NCBI GenBank assembly: GCA_016124665.1 | Contig: WGNH01000021.1 | Coordinates: 19,837-83,836, forward strand | Origin: Alphaproteobacteria bacterium | GTDB lineage: Bacteria > Pseudomonadota > Alphaproteobacteria > Caulobacterales > Maricaulaceae | Direction: 5' to 3' | Length of the DNA: 64,000 nucleotides | Shown: positions 9,251 to 18,407 of the stretch, one piece after another | How positions within the stretch are numbered: the stretch's first letter is position 1 | How the letters are laid out: each line of letters starts with the position of its first letter | Translations under genes and position numbers: made by a program | The notes under the pieces: model-generated | The model's input: the letters and a program-made list of their open reading frames with translations, nothing else | The model's database searches: none | What the model was told of the DNA's origin: nothing

Positions 9251-9844
9251 ATGGCTGATACATCCTCCCATGATTTGCCGCCTTCCGGCTCCATAACCAT
9301 TGCCCGTCATGGCCAGCCCGATGCCGACCGCACGGTGCGGATTGACTGGGAAGGGTATGAGCACTGGTGGAAAGGCTATGATGCGGCCGGGCTGGCACCG
9401 GGACAGTCGCCTCCGGATATGCTGAAAAAGGCTGCCGAAGATGCTGCTGTTGTGTTCAGCAGCTCCCTGCCACGGGCTATCGAGACGGCGCAGGCGGCTG
9501 CACCGGGCCGGCGGCTGGTGATCGACCCCGATTTTGTCGAAGCGCCGCTGCCGCCACCGCAAATGATCGGCACGCTGAAACCGGGAACCTGGGGCGTCTA
9601 TGCCCGGATCTTCTGGTGGCTGGGGGCCTCGCGCGGGCTGGAAACCCGGCGTGAGGCCGAGTTGCGCGCGGAGCGCGCCGCCGACAAGCTGGTCATCGCT
9701 GCCGAGCGCGGACCGGTAGTCTTGTGCGCGCATGGCTGGTTCAACCGGATGCTGAGGCCTGCCCTTCGCCGCCGCGGCTGGAAATGTGTGCAGGATGGCG
9801 GCGACACCTACTGGTCGTACCGGCGCTATGAACGCACTTGCTAG
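9251..9844 (+). CDS. histidine phosphatase family protein
   Basis: RHG catalytic motif near the N-terminus (ITIARHGQP) and a later CAHG motif (VVLCAHGWFNR). Confidence 0.75.
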   Translation: MADTSSHDLPPSGSITIARHGQPDADRTVRIDWEGYEHWWKGYDAAGLAPGQSPPDMLKKAAEDAAVVFSSSLPRAIETAQAAAPGRRLVIDPDFVEAPLPPPQMIGTLKPGTWGVYARIFWWLGASRGLETRREAELRAERAADKLVIAAERGPVVLCAHGWFNRMLRPALRRRGWKCVQDGGDTYWSYRRYERTC

Positions 9845-9908
9845 TCCGGCGCTGATTGCGGCGAGATAACCATCTGCCTATTGTGAAGACCGAAACCGGG
9901 AGGACGAT

Positions 9909-10154
9909 GTGTCCGACGAACAGACCCCAATCGAGACGATGAGCTTTGAAGCGGCTCTGGCGGAGCTTGAAGGCATCGTCCAGCAGCTTGAATCCGGTGA
10001 TGTCGAACTGGAAAAATCGATCGCCATTTATGAGCGTGGCGCGGCGCTGAAGGCGCATTGCGAGACCAAGCTGCGGGAAGCCGAACTGAAAGTCGAGAAA
10101 ATCGTTCTGGATGATAACGGGCGGATCAGCACGGAAGATGCCGGTCTGGCCTGA
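9909..10154 (+). CDS. xseB: exodeoxyribonuclease VII small subunit
   Basis: 81 aa. [32 protein letters not shown] is a typical XseB sequence. GTG start preceded by GGGAGGA. Confidence 0.9.
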   Translation: MSDEQTPIETMSFEAALAELEGIVQQLESGDVELEKSIAIYERGAALKAHCETKLREAELKVEKIVLDDNGRISTEDAGLA

Positions 10155-11041
10155 TGGACGATTTTCGCGCCCTTCTGGCGGAGACCGCTGATCGCGTCAC
10201 AGTGGCGATGGATGCCCTGTTGCCGCGCGCCAACGGGCCGGAAACCGCCCTCCTGTCCGCCATGCGCTATGCCGCACTGGGTCCGGGCAAGCGCTTGCGG
10301 CCCTTCATCACCATTGAGGCTGGCCGGATTGTCGGGGCCGATGAACGCGGCCTGCTCCGCGTGGCGACGGCCATTGAATGCATCCACGCCTATTCGCTGA
10401 TCCATGACGATCTGCCGTGCATGGATGATGATGATGTGCGGCGCGGTCGCCCGACGGTTCACAAGGAATATGACGAGGCGACGGCGGTTCTGGCGGGCGA
10501 TGCCCTGCAGACATTTGCCTTTGAAATCCTGGCGAGCCCGGAAACCGATGCCAGTTCGGCCCGGCGGATCGAGCTGATTGCCCGTCTGGCGGCGGCGTCG
10601 GGTGCCCGCGGCATGGTTGGCGGGCAGATGATCGATATGAGCGCTGACCGTGCCGATGCCGATATCAACATCATTACCCGCATGCAGCGTATGAAGACCG
10701 GCGCGCTGATCGCGTTTTCGGCGGAAGCCGGGGCTATCCTCGCGGGGGCCGGGGCGGACGTCCGGCGGGCGCTGGAAGGTTATGCGCATGATATCGGTCT
10801 TGCGTTCCAGATCAGAGATGATTTGCTGGACGCCGAAGGCAATGCCGCCGAAACCGGAAAAGCGGTGGGCAAGGACGATCATCATGGCAAGGCCACTTTT
10901 GTGACGATTCTTGGCCTTGATGGTGCGCGAGACCGGGCGCGTCGTCTTGCCGCGCAAGCCAAGGATCACCTTGAACCCTTCGGTGAAAGTGCGAACCTTC
11001 TGCGACGGGCAGCCGATTATGTGCTTGAACGGCGCTCCTGA
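10154..11041 (+). CDS. ispA: polyprenyl (farnesyl/geranyl) diphosphate synthase
   Basis: First and second Asp-rich motifs are present (LIHDDLPCMDDDDVRRG; FQIRDDLLD). The start overlaps the xseB stop. Confidence 0.9.
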   Translation: MDDFRALLAETADRVTVAMDALLPRANGPETALLSAMRYAALGPGKRLRPFITIEAGRIVGADERGLLRVATAIECIHAYSLIHDDLPCMDDDDVRRGRPTVHKEYDEATAVLAGDALQTFAFEILASPETDASSARRIELIARLAAASGARGMVGGQMIDMSADRADADINIITRMQRMKTGALIAFSAEAGAILAGAGADVRRALEGYAHDIGLAFQIRDDLLDAEGNAAETGKAVGKDDHHGKATFVTILGLDGARDRARRLAAQAKDHLEPFGESANLLRRAADYVLERRS

Positions 11042-11061
11042 TTAACTGAAAGCGAAAGCTT

Positions 11062-12978
11062 ATGGCCTCTGACACTCCGACCCTCGATCTCGTATCCTCG
11101 CCCGCCGACATGAAGGATATGGATATTGCCAGCCTCAGATCGCTGGCAGACGAGTTGCGGAAGGAGACCATTGATGCCGTTTCGACAACCGGCGGGCATC
11201 TGGGGGCCGGTCTGGGTGTGGTGGAACTTACCGTCGCCCTGCATCATGTTTTCGATACGCCGGACGATATCCTGATCTGGGATGTCGGCCATCAATGCTA
11301 TCCGCACAAAATTCTCACTGGCCGCCGAGACCGCATCCGCACCCTGCGTCAGGGCGGCGGGCTGTCCGGATTCACCAAGCGCTCGGAAAGCGAATACGAC
11401 CCGTTCGGCGCGGCGCATGCCTCGACCTCGATATCCGCGGCGCTGGGCTTTGCGGTCGCGCGTGACCTGAAGGCTGAAGACACCAATGTCATTGCCGTGA
11501 TCGGTGACGGGGCGATGTCGGCGGGCATGGCCTATGAGGCCATGAACAATGCCGGGGCCATGGCCAAGCGTATGGTGGTCATCCTCAATGACAATGACAT
11601 GTCCATTGCGCCGCCGGTCGGGGCGATGAGCCATTATTTTGCCAATCTGGTCTCGTCGCGGGGCTACCGGTCCTTCCGCAAGGTGGGCAAGGCGGTCGCC
11701 AAGGCGGTCGGCCTCGAGAAGACGATCCGCAAGGCCGAGGAATATGCCCACGGCATGGCCGTCGGCGGAACGCTGTTCGAGGAGATGGGCTTTTACTATG
11801 TCGGCCCGATCGACGGGCATGATCTGGATGCGCTGACCCAGGTCCTGAAAAATGTGAAGAGCTTCGACCGTGGACCGGTGCTGGTCCATGTGGTCACCCA
11901 GAAAGGCAAGGGCTATGCGCCTGCCGAGGCCTCTGATGACAAGTATCACGGCGTGGCCAAATTCAATGTCGTCACCGGCGAGCAGAAGAAATCCAGCGGC
12001 GGGCCGCCCGGATATACGAAAGTGTTCGCCCAGTCGCTGATCCGCGAGGCGGAGCGCGATGACCGGATCTGTGCCATTACCGCTGCCATGCCCGGCGGAA
12101 CCGGGCTGGACCTGTTCGGCGAAGCCTTTCCGGACCGGACATTCGATGTCGGCATTGCCGAACAGCATGCGGTGACGTTTGCCGGCGGGCTGGCGGCAGC
12201 CGGCATGAAACCCTTTGCCGCAATCTATTCGACCTTCCTTCAGCGCGGCTATGACCAGGTCGTCCACGATATCGCCATCCAGAAGCTGCCGGTCCGCTTT
12301 GCCATTGACCGCGCGGGCCTGGTCGGAGCCGACGGGGCCACTCATGCCGGGGCATTCGATATTGGTTATCTGGGGGCGCTGCCGGGCTTTGTGCTGATGG
12401 CGGCATCGGACGAGGCCGAACTGGCGCGCATGGTCGCGACATCGGTTGCCATTGATGACGGGCCGAGCGGATTCCGTTATCCGCGGGGCGCGGGCATCGG
12501 AATTGATATTCCCGAATTGCCGGAACCGCTGGAAATCGGCAAGGGCCGGATTATCCGGGAAGGCAGCCGCATCGCCATTCTCTCGCTCGGCGGGCGTCTG
12601 CAGGAAACGCTGAAAGCCGCAGATGATCTCGCCGCGCGGGGCTTGTCTGCCACCGTCGCCGATGCCCGGTTCGCCAAGCCGCTGGACGAGGCGTTGATCC
12701 TGCGCCTGGCCCGCGAGCACGAAGTGCTGATCACGATCGAGGAAGGCGCGCGCGGCGGCTTCGGGGCGTTTGTCCTGCACATGCTGGCCGAACGTGGAGC
12801 GCTGGATGCCGGTCTCAAGATCCGCACGATGACTCTGCCGGATATCTTCCAGGACCAGGACACGCCAGAGGCCATGTATGCGGCGGCGGGGCTGACGGCG
12901 CCGCATATCGTCAGCTGTGTGCTCGACGCGCTGGGCCGTGATGAGGAAGCCGCCGCGGTGATCGGCGCTGCCCAGTAA
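11062..12978 (+). CDS. dxs: 1-deoxy-D-xylulose-5-phosphate synthase
   Basis: 638 aa. [36 protein letters not shown] and the usual xseB-ispA-dxs synteny. Confidence 0.97.
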   Translation: MASDTPTLDLVSSPADMKDMDIASLRSLADELRKETIDAVSTTGGHLGAGLGVVELTVALHHVFDTPDDILIWDVGHQCYPHKILTGRRDRIRTLRQGGGLSGFTKRSESEYDPFGAAHASTSISAALGFAVARDLKAEDTNVIAVIGDGAMSAGMAYEAMNNAGAMAKRMVVILNDNDMSIAPPVGAMSHYFANLVSSRGYRSFRKVGKAVAKAVGLEKTIRKAEEYAHGMAVGGTLFEEMGFYYVGPIDGHDLDALTQVLKNVKSFDRGPVLVHVVTQKGKGYAPAEASDDKYHGVAKFNVVTGEQKKSSGGPPGYTKVFAQSLIREAERDDRICAITAAMPGGTGLDLFGEAFPDRTFDVGIAEQHAVTFAGGLAAAGMKPFAAIYSTFLQRGYDQVVHDIAIQKLPVRFAIDRAGLVGADGATHAGAFDIGYLGALPGFVLMAASDEAELARMVATSVAIDDGPSGFRYPRGAGIGIDIPELPEPLEIGKGRIIREGSRIAILSLGGRLQETLKAADDLAARGLSATVADARFAKPLDEALILRLAREHEVLITIEEGARGGFGAFVLHMLAERGALDAGLKIRTMTLPDIFQDQDTPEAMYAAAGLTAPHIVSCVLDALGRDEEAAAVIGAAQ

Positions 12979-12982
12979 GCCG

Positions 12983-13717
12983 GTGAGCAAGGCCCGTCTG
13001 GACGTCTATCTGGCCGAAAGCGGTCAATTCGAAAGCCGGGCGCGGGCCCGCGCCGCCATTGAGGGCGGCAAGGTCCGGGTTGATGGCAAGACAGTCCTGA
13101 AAGCATCCTTTCCTGTCCCCGAAGGGGCCTGTGTCGAGGCCGAAGACCTCCATCCCTGGGTCAGCCGCGCAGCCCTGAAGCTGAAGGGTGCGCTGGCTGT
13201 ATTCGATGTCGATGTGGCGGGAAAGACCTGCCTTGATATTGGCGCTTCGACCGGCGGTTTCATTGATGTCCTGCTTGAGGCGGGTGCGCGTCATGTCACC
13301 GGCGTTGATGTCGGGACCGGCCAGCTTCACCCGGCATTGAAATCGGATTCGCGGGTGACGTCGCTGGAGCGACAAGATGCCCGCGACCTGGTGCTGGCCG
13401 ACCTGCCATGTGCGCCGGACATCATTACCTGTGATGCCAGCTTCATCGGGCTCGCCAAAGTGATCGAGCGGCCATTATCGCTGGCGGCCGGTCAATGCGA
13501 TCTGATCGCCCTGTTCAAGCCGCAATTCGAAGTTGGCCGGAGCCATGTCGGCAAGGGGGGGCTTGTCAAGGACAACGCCGCCCTGCAGGCGGCGCTGGAA
13601 CGGTTCCGGATATGGCTGAATGGCCGGGAGGGATTCGAAATCCGCGGTGTAACAGACAGTCCCGTGACGGGCGGGGACGGAAACCGTGAATTCCTCGTCC
13701 ACGCCCGCAAGGGGTAA
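12983..13717 (+). CDS. tlyA: TlyA family rRNA (cytidine-2'-O)-methyltransferase
   Basis: S4-like N-terminus RLDVYL. FtsJ-type SAM motif CLDIGASTGGF. C-terminus PVTGGDGNREFL. Confidence 0.9.
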   Translation: MSKARLDVYLAESGQFESRARARAAIEGGKVRVDGKTVLKASFPVPEGACVEAEDLHPWVSRAALKLKGALAVFDVDVAGKTCLDIGASTGGFIDVLLEAGARHVTGVDVGTGQLHPALKSDSRVTSLERQDARDLVLADLPCAPDIITCDASFIGLAKVIERPLSLAAGQCDLIALFKPQFEVGRSHVGKGGLVKDNAALQAALERFRIWLNGREGFEIRGVTDSPVTGGDGNREFLVHARKG

Positions 13718-13729
13718 GGTCAGAGCGCT

Positions 13730-14479
13730 CTATTGCGCCGGCCGCCAGATGCCGTCCACGCCCTGGCACATATAGACGTCATTAGCCGTGATGGTGCCAT
13801 ACTGGTTCTGGCTGCGCGTTGTCATCCAGCGGCAATTGCCATTCTGGGGCACTCCGGCCTGGTAAACGCGGCCTGAAGTGACCGGTGCGCCCGCCAGACC
13901 TTCATTCCCGTACTGGGTCGTGCTGCCATAATAGGGGTCGGTGGCATATCCGTCATTGGCATAGCCATCCTGATAGTAGCCGTCCTGGTAATAGCCATCA
14001 TCGGGATAACCGGAATTGTTATAGCCGGAATTATTGTAGCGATTGTCGTAATACGGATCCTGATAGCCGCCATTATTGCCATAATAGCCGGTCTGGCGGT
14101 TATCATATCCCGGCGCGCAAGGCTGTCCGCCTGCGACGCCCGCCCCGACAAGCGCGCCGACGCCGGCACCGGCCACAACGGCGAGGTCATTGCTGTGCCG
14201 TTCATTCTGGCGATATCGGTCATAGCCGTGATGGCGGCCATAACCGCGATGCCCCCGGTAGCCACGGCCGCGATAGCTGTCGCGGTCGTCGAATTCGTCC
14301 TCGATCTCGGCGCCAAGAACGCCGCCGAGAATGGCGCCCACAACGGCGCCGGCGACCTGACGGCCCTGGCGATTGGATTCGCACTCATGGTAGGACTGAT
14401 TGCGGGTCTGGGCCTCAGCCGCCGGGATGAGCGCCATCACTGAAGCGGCGGAAACGAGCAATGTACGAAAACCGGTCAT
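13730..14479 (-). CDS. exported glycine-zipper protein with a Tyr/Gly/Asn/Asp-rich tract and a Cys-containing surface-antigen-like C-terminal domain
   Basis: Start chosen at MTGFRTLLVSAASVMALIPAAEA (signal peptide, GGAGG 5 nt upstream). Glycine zippers GAVVGAILGGVLGA and GAGVGALVGAGVAGG. The C-terminus CRWMTT...VYMCQGVDGIWRP is paralogous to the C-terminus of the next gene. Confidence 0.75.
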   Translation of the reverse strand: MTGFRTLLVSAASVMALIPAAEAQTRNQSYHECESNRQGRQVAGAVVGAILGGVLGAEIEDEFDDRDSYRGRGYRGHRGYGRHHGYDRYRQNERHSNDLAVVAGAGVGALVGAGVAGGQPCAPGYDNRQTGYYGNNGGYQDPYYDNRYNNSGYNNSGYPDDGYYQDGYYQDGYANDGYATDPYYGSTTQYGNEGLAGAPVTSGRVYQAGVPQNGNCRWMTTRSQNQYGTITANDVYMCQGVDGIWRPAQ

Positions 14480-14561
14480 GTTAGAACCTCCGTTCCTGAC
14501 GCCAGTTCGTCCGGCGTCCTGATCAAAACCTATGCCAATCGTGATGAGCCTGACATGAACA

Positions 14562-14591
14562 AAAAACCGGCTCCTGTTCAGGAACCGGTTT
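14562..14591 (-). terminator. intrinsic terminator downstream of the RGG-repeat gene
   Basis: Minus strand reads AACCGGTTCCTGAACAGGAGCCGGTTTTTTG, a GC-rich hairpin followed by a T-run, ~20 nt after the stop at 14611. Confidence 0.6.
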
Positions 14592-14610
14592 CTTGCGCTA
14601 TTTGCGTGGC

Positions 14611-15918
14611 TTACTGGTAGCTGGCGACTTGCCAGCGGCCATAGGCATCCTGGCACATGCGGACTTCGTCGATGACGAAGCTGCCATCCGGCATGTAGAT
14701 CTCCGCATCACCCCAGCGGCAGCGGCGATTGCCGACCGTGTAGTAGTCGCGCGCATACACCACGCCGCGGACGCCGGAATACGGATTGTGCCAGTAATAC
14801 GGGCTGTTGTGGGTGAAGGCGTAGCCAACCGCATAGTGCAGCTGACCCCGGTCGCAGGAATTCAGCGCCGAGCCAACGCCTGCCCCGAAGAAGCCGCCGA
14901 TCACCGCACCGGCTGCACCATCATCTGCGACAGCGGCACCGAACAGTGCGCCCAGAATGGCTCCGGCCAGAACCTGGTCGCCGTTCGCACGGCAACCGCG
15001 ATCATAATAATTGTATGTGTAGCGGTTGTAGCCGGCATCATAATAGCGGGCATGATAGCGCCAGCTGGCCCGCGCCGGACGATGATAGCTGCTGTAATAG
15101 CGGCGGGCATCGATCCGGCCATTCACATAGCCACGGCGGTAGGATCCACGGGAATCCCGGAAGGTGTGGCCGCTGCGATAGCCGCCATGCCGGTTCACCC
15201 TGACATCATGGCCGCCACGATAAACGTTATGATGACCTCCGCGTGTGCCCCGATAAATGTCGGTACGGGTTCCGCGCGTGCCACGATAGCCGTCATAGCG
15301 GCCACCACGTGTTCCGCGATAGACATCCGTCCGGCTTCCACGGCCACCTCGATAGCCATCATTACGGCCGCCGCGTCCTCCGCGATAGCCGGTATCCTGG
15401 CCGCCTCCACTGCCGCGATAACCATGGCCGCGTCCACCCCGGCCGCCGCGATAACCATCACCCCGGCCGCCGCGGCCCCCGCGGAGACCATTGTCATTTC
15501 CGCCCCGGCCACCGCCAGCGCCCCTGCCGCCGCGATCACCTCTACCCGGCGGGGTGGCGGTTCGCATGCCGCCGGATTCGTTGGGCAATACTGCTCCGCC
15601 AGCGCGCGGTCCGCGACCGCCACGGGCGCCGCCGTCTGAACCGCCACGGCCACCCCGGACCCCTTCGCCTCTGCCGCCGCGCCCGCCACGGGCACCATCG
15701 CCGCCGCCGCGTCCACCGCGGGCGCCGTCACCCCGGCCACCCCGCCGCCCGTCATTCTGGGCGATCGTGATTTCCTGCGAAGCGTTGAGGGACGCGCCCA
15801 GGAGCGGTGCGTCGGTCTGTTGTACAAGAGCGTCCGCGGCCGGCGCCTCGATGGACGCTGCCATCGCAAGGGCCAGAGCCGTTGCAGCCGTCAGCGAAGT
15901 CAGTCTGATTGTGAGCAT
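14611..15918 (-). CDS. exported RGG/RGY-repeat protein with a glycine zipper and a COG4520-like surface-antigen C-terminal domain
   Basis: Start chosen at MLTIRLTSLTAATALALAMAASIEAPAA (signal peptide, GGAGAA upstream). About 250 aa of RGGRGG-x-DGY-type repeats follow. Next come GAILGALFGAAV...GAVIGGFFGAGVG, and then WHNPYSGVRGVVYARDYYTVGNRRCRW...MCQDAYGRWQV. Confidence 0.75.
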   Translation of the reverse strand: MLTIRLTSLTAATALALAMAASIEAPAADALVQQTDAPLLGASLNASQEITIAQNDGRRGGRGDGARGGRGGGDGARGGRGGRGEGVRGGRGGSDGGARGGRGPRAGGAVLPNESGGMRTATPPGRGDRGGRGAGGGRGGNDNGLRGGRGGRGDGYRGGRGGRGHGYRGSGGGQDTGYRGGRGGRNDGYRGGRGSRTDVYRGTRGGRYDGYRGTRGTRTDIYRGTRGGHHNVYRGGHDVRVNRHGGYRSGHTFRDSRGSYRRGYVNGRIDARRYYSSYHRPARASWRYHARYYDAGYNRYTYNYYDRGCRANGDQVLAGAILGALFGAAVADDGAAGAVIGGFFGAGVGSALNSCDRGQLHYAVGYAFTHNSPYYWHNPYSGVRGVVYARDYYTVGNRRCRWGDAEIYMPDGSFVIDEVRMCQDAYGRWQVASYQ

Positions 15919-16023
15919 GGATTGCTTCTCCTTTCGGATAAGCCGCACAGGGGCGACCCATTGCCACAAGGTTAACGAATCCGTCATGACGCTAACATGA
16001 ACGTCTGGTTCAGGTTGGCCGGG

Positions 16024-17112
16024 TCACCCGACCTGTCCACGATGCCTGAGCTTCTGATCGGCCAGAATGATCGCGGCCATGGCCTCGGCAACCGGGACGG
16101 CCCGGATACCGACGCAGGGATCATGCCGGCCTTTGGTGGAAATGATTGTCTCGTTAAGGTCCCGGTCCAGCGTCCGCCGTTCGATCCTGATCGACGAGGT
16201 CGGCTTGATGGCGATCCGCATGACAATATCCTGACCGGTTGAAATGCCGCCGAGCACACCGCCATTGTGATTGGACAGAAATTCGGCACCGTCCCTGCCG
16301 GCCACCATTTCATCGGCCGCGTCTTCGCCACGCATGGCCGCCGCCGCAAAGCCGGCACCGATTTCCACGCCTTTTGCAGCCGGAATGGACATCATGGCGG
16401 CCGCCAGTTCCGCATCTAGCTTGCCATAGACCGGTTCGCCCCAGCCAGCCGGGAGGCCCGAGGCATGGAGCTCGACGATCGCGCCGGTCGACGAGCCCTC
16501 GCTGCGGAGCTGATTAAGGCGGCTGGCCCACGCCTCGACGATGCCGGCGTCCGGCGAAAAGAAGGGATTGTTGCCGGTCTCCTCCCAATCCCAGGCGGTT
16601 TTGCTGGCCGGAATATCCCCGAGCTGGATCAAGGCGGCGCGAATCCGGATTTGCGGGCCGAGCACCTGCCGGGCGATGGCGCCTGCCGCGACGCGCGCTG
16701 CGGTCTCGCGGGCCGATGACCGGCCGCCACCGCGATAATCACGAACGCCGTACTTGGTGTCATAGGTATAATCGGCATGGCCCGGCCGCCATTTGTCGCG
16801 GATATCGGTATAGTCCTTCGAGCGGGCATCGGTGTTTTCGATGATCAGGGAGATGGGCGCGCCCGTGGTGACGGGGCCATCTGTGCGGTCATCTGCGAAT
16901 GTGCCGGAGAGAATGCGCACCGCGTCTGCCTCCTGCCGCGGAGAGACATGCCGTCCGGTTCCCGGCCGGCGCTTGTCCAGCCATGGCTGGATCAGGCTTT
17001 CATCCAGGGGCAGGCCGGGCGGGCAGCCATCAATAACCGCGCCCAGGGCCGGTCCATGGCTTTCGCCCCAGGTGGTGACGCGGAATAATCGTCCGAAAGT
17101 ATTGTTCGACAT
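16024..17112 (-). CDS. aroC: chorismate synthase
   Basis: Start chosen at [24 protein letters not shown]. Also contains RPGHADYTY and GRHDPCV. Confidence 0.95.
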   Translation of the reverse strand: MSNNTFGRLFRVTTWGESHGPALGAVIDGCPPGLPLDESLIQPWLDKRRPGTGRHVSPRQEADAVRILSGTFADDRTDGPVTTGAPISLIIENTDARSKDYTDIRDKWRPGHADYTYDTKYGVRDYRGGGRSSARETAARVAAGAIARQVLGPQIRIRAALIQLGDIPASKTAWDWEETGNNPFFSPDAGIVEAWASRLNQLRSEGSSTGAIVELHASGLPAGWGEPVYGKLDAELAAAMMSIPAAKGVEIGAGFAAAAMRGEDAADEMVAGRDGAEFLSNHNGGVLGGISTGQDIVMRIAIKPTSSIRIERRTLDRDLNETIISTKGRHDPCVGIRAVPVAEAMAAIILADQKLRHRGQVG

Positions 17113-17162
17113 TGGATGGCCCGTTCTTTCCGGCCGCAAACTAGATCAGCGGATGGCCAGCG

Positions 17163-17666
17163 TCACGCTGCAGACCGGGCCTTTCGCAGCCAGCCTGCCA
17201 TCCGTGCGGCAGGCGGGCGTTTGACGAAATCGTCGATAAACCGGTCGAGACCGCTTGTGTCAACGGCTTCAGGGCCTGTCGAGCCGGCGATGACGCGGAT
17301 CACAGCGGTAAAGGCGCTATCCCCGATCGCCGAGACCCGAGCCCCGGAGACAGTTCCCGGTTCTATTCGGAAAACGCCGCTGCGCCCGTTCTGGCTGGCG
17401 GTTCTGGCAACACCCTCTCGCGCTTCGTCCCCGGAAAGCGTGAGGACGATCTCCATTCCGCAGGATTTTTCCAGGCAGCGAATGGCTTTGACCGCGTCAG
17501 CCAGACGGGACAGCGTTTCGGGCGTGGCCGGTGTATGATCGGGATGCAGTGCCTTGGCGCGCTGGCGAAAGGCAGCTTTTGCCTCAGCCAGAGACGCCCC
17601 CGGCTCAAGCCCCAGCACGTTCAATGCGCGCAGAATGTCCGGATCAGATCCCCACATGTAGCGCAA
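17163..17666 (-). CDS. J-domain (DnaJ-like) protein
   Basis: [33 protein letters not shown] contains the HPD tripeptide. The rest is unassigned. Either of the two N-terminal Met codons could be the start. Confidence 0.7.
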   Translation of the reverse strand: MRYMWGSDPDILRALNVLGLEPGASLAEAKAAFRQRAKALHPDHTPATPETLSRLADAVKAIRCLEKSCGMEIVLTLSGDEAREGVARTASQNGRSGVFRIEPGTVSGARVSAIGDSAFTAVIRVIAGSTGPEAVDTSGLDRFIDDFVKRPPAARMAGWLRKARSAA

Positions 17667-17741
17667 GGTAGATTGAGGAAGGTTCCTGATTGGTTGACGC
17701 GCGATATACGCCTATATGGTTGTGCAGTGAGGAGACAGAAA

Positions 17742-18407
17742 ATGAGCCGGAAAACGAGCGATATACCGCAATCCCCCACGGCCGAGGACTATCAGGCGGC
17801 GGCCGAGGCGAATGCAGCGGAGATTTTCGACCGCGATGATCCGTTTTCCCTGTTTGCCGACTGGTTTGCCGACGCGAAACGCAAGGAGCCCAATGATCCC
17901 AATGCCATGGCGCTGGCCACGGCGGACGAGACCGGCCTTCCGGATGTCCGGATGGTCCTCCTCAAGGATTTTGATGCGGACGGCTTTGTCTTCTACACGA
18001 ATCTGGAAAGCGCCAAGGGCTTGCAGATCGGGGCCAATCCGCAGGCCGCGCTGTGCTTTCACTGGAAAAGCCTGCGCCGCCAGGTGCGGCTGCGTGGCGC
18101 CGTGGAGCCGGTGACGCCGGACGAAGCGGATTCGTATTTTGCCTCCCGCGCCCGGGACAGCCGTATCGGCGCCTGGGCGTCGAAACAGTCGCGGCCGCTG
18201 GAAAGCCGGTTCGCGCTGGAAAAAGCGGTGGCAAAAGAGGCGGCGCGATTTGGTCTCGGCACGGTGCCCCGACCGCCGCACTGGTCCGGCTTCCGGCTGA
18301 AGCCGCATCATTTCGAATTCTGGCGTGACCGGCCCTTCCGGCTGCACGACCGCCTGGTGTTTGACCGCCGGGGCACCAGCTGGACAACATCGCGCCTCTA
18401 TCCCTGA
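17742..18407 (+). CDS. pdxH: pyridoxamine 5'-phosphate oxidase
   Basis: Internal start MSRKTSD. Contains [26 protein letters not shown]..., RQVRLRG, and [14 protein letters not shown]... Confidence 0.93.
   Translation: MSRKTSDIPQSPTAEDYQAAAEANAAEIFDRDDPFSLFADWFADAKRKEPNDPNAMALATADETGLPDVRMVLLKDFDADGFVFYTNLESAKGLQIGANPQAALCFHWKSLRRQVRLRGAVEPVTPDEADSYFASRARDSRIGAWASKQSRPLESRFALEKAVAKEAARFGLGTVPRPPHWSGFRLKPHHFEFWRDRPFRLHDRLVFDRRGTSWTTSRLYP

Noticed and set aside
11017-12990. 657-aa minus-strand ORF
   Set aside because: It is antisense to dxs, which is unambiguous. It shows the same high-GC antisense-frame composition.
14593-15639. 348-aa plus-strand Ala/Ile/Thr-rich ORF, together with the 15491..16000 Pro/Arg-rich ORF
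   Set aside because: Both are mirror frames of the RGG-repeat gene. The minus-strand frame has a signal peptide, a Shine-Dalgarno, a terminator and a C-terminal domain paralogous to the neighbouring gene. The plus-strand frames have none of these.
14995-15750. Periodic DNA repeats that could be mistaken for a repeat array or CRISPR
   Set aside because: The periodicity is ~30-33 nt and degenerate, with no unique spacers. It lies inside a coherent reading frame encoding RGG/RGY repeats, so it is a coding tandem repeat and not a CRISPR array.
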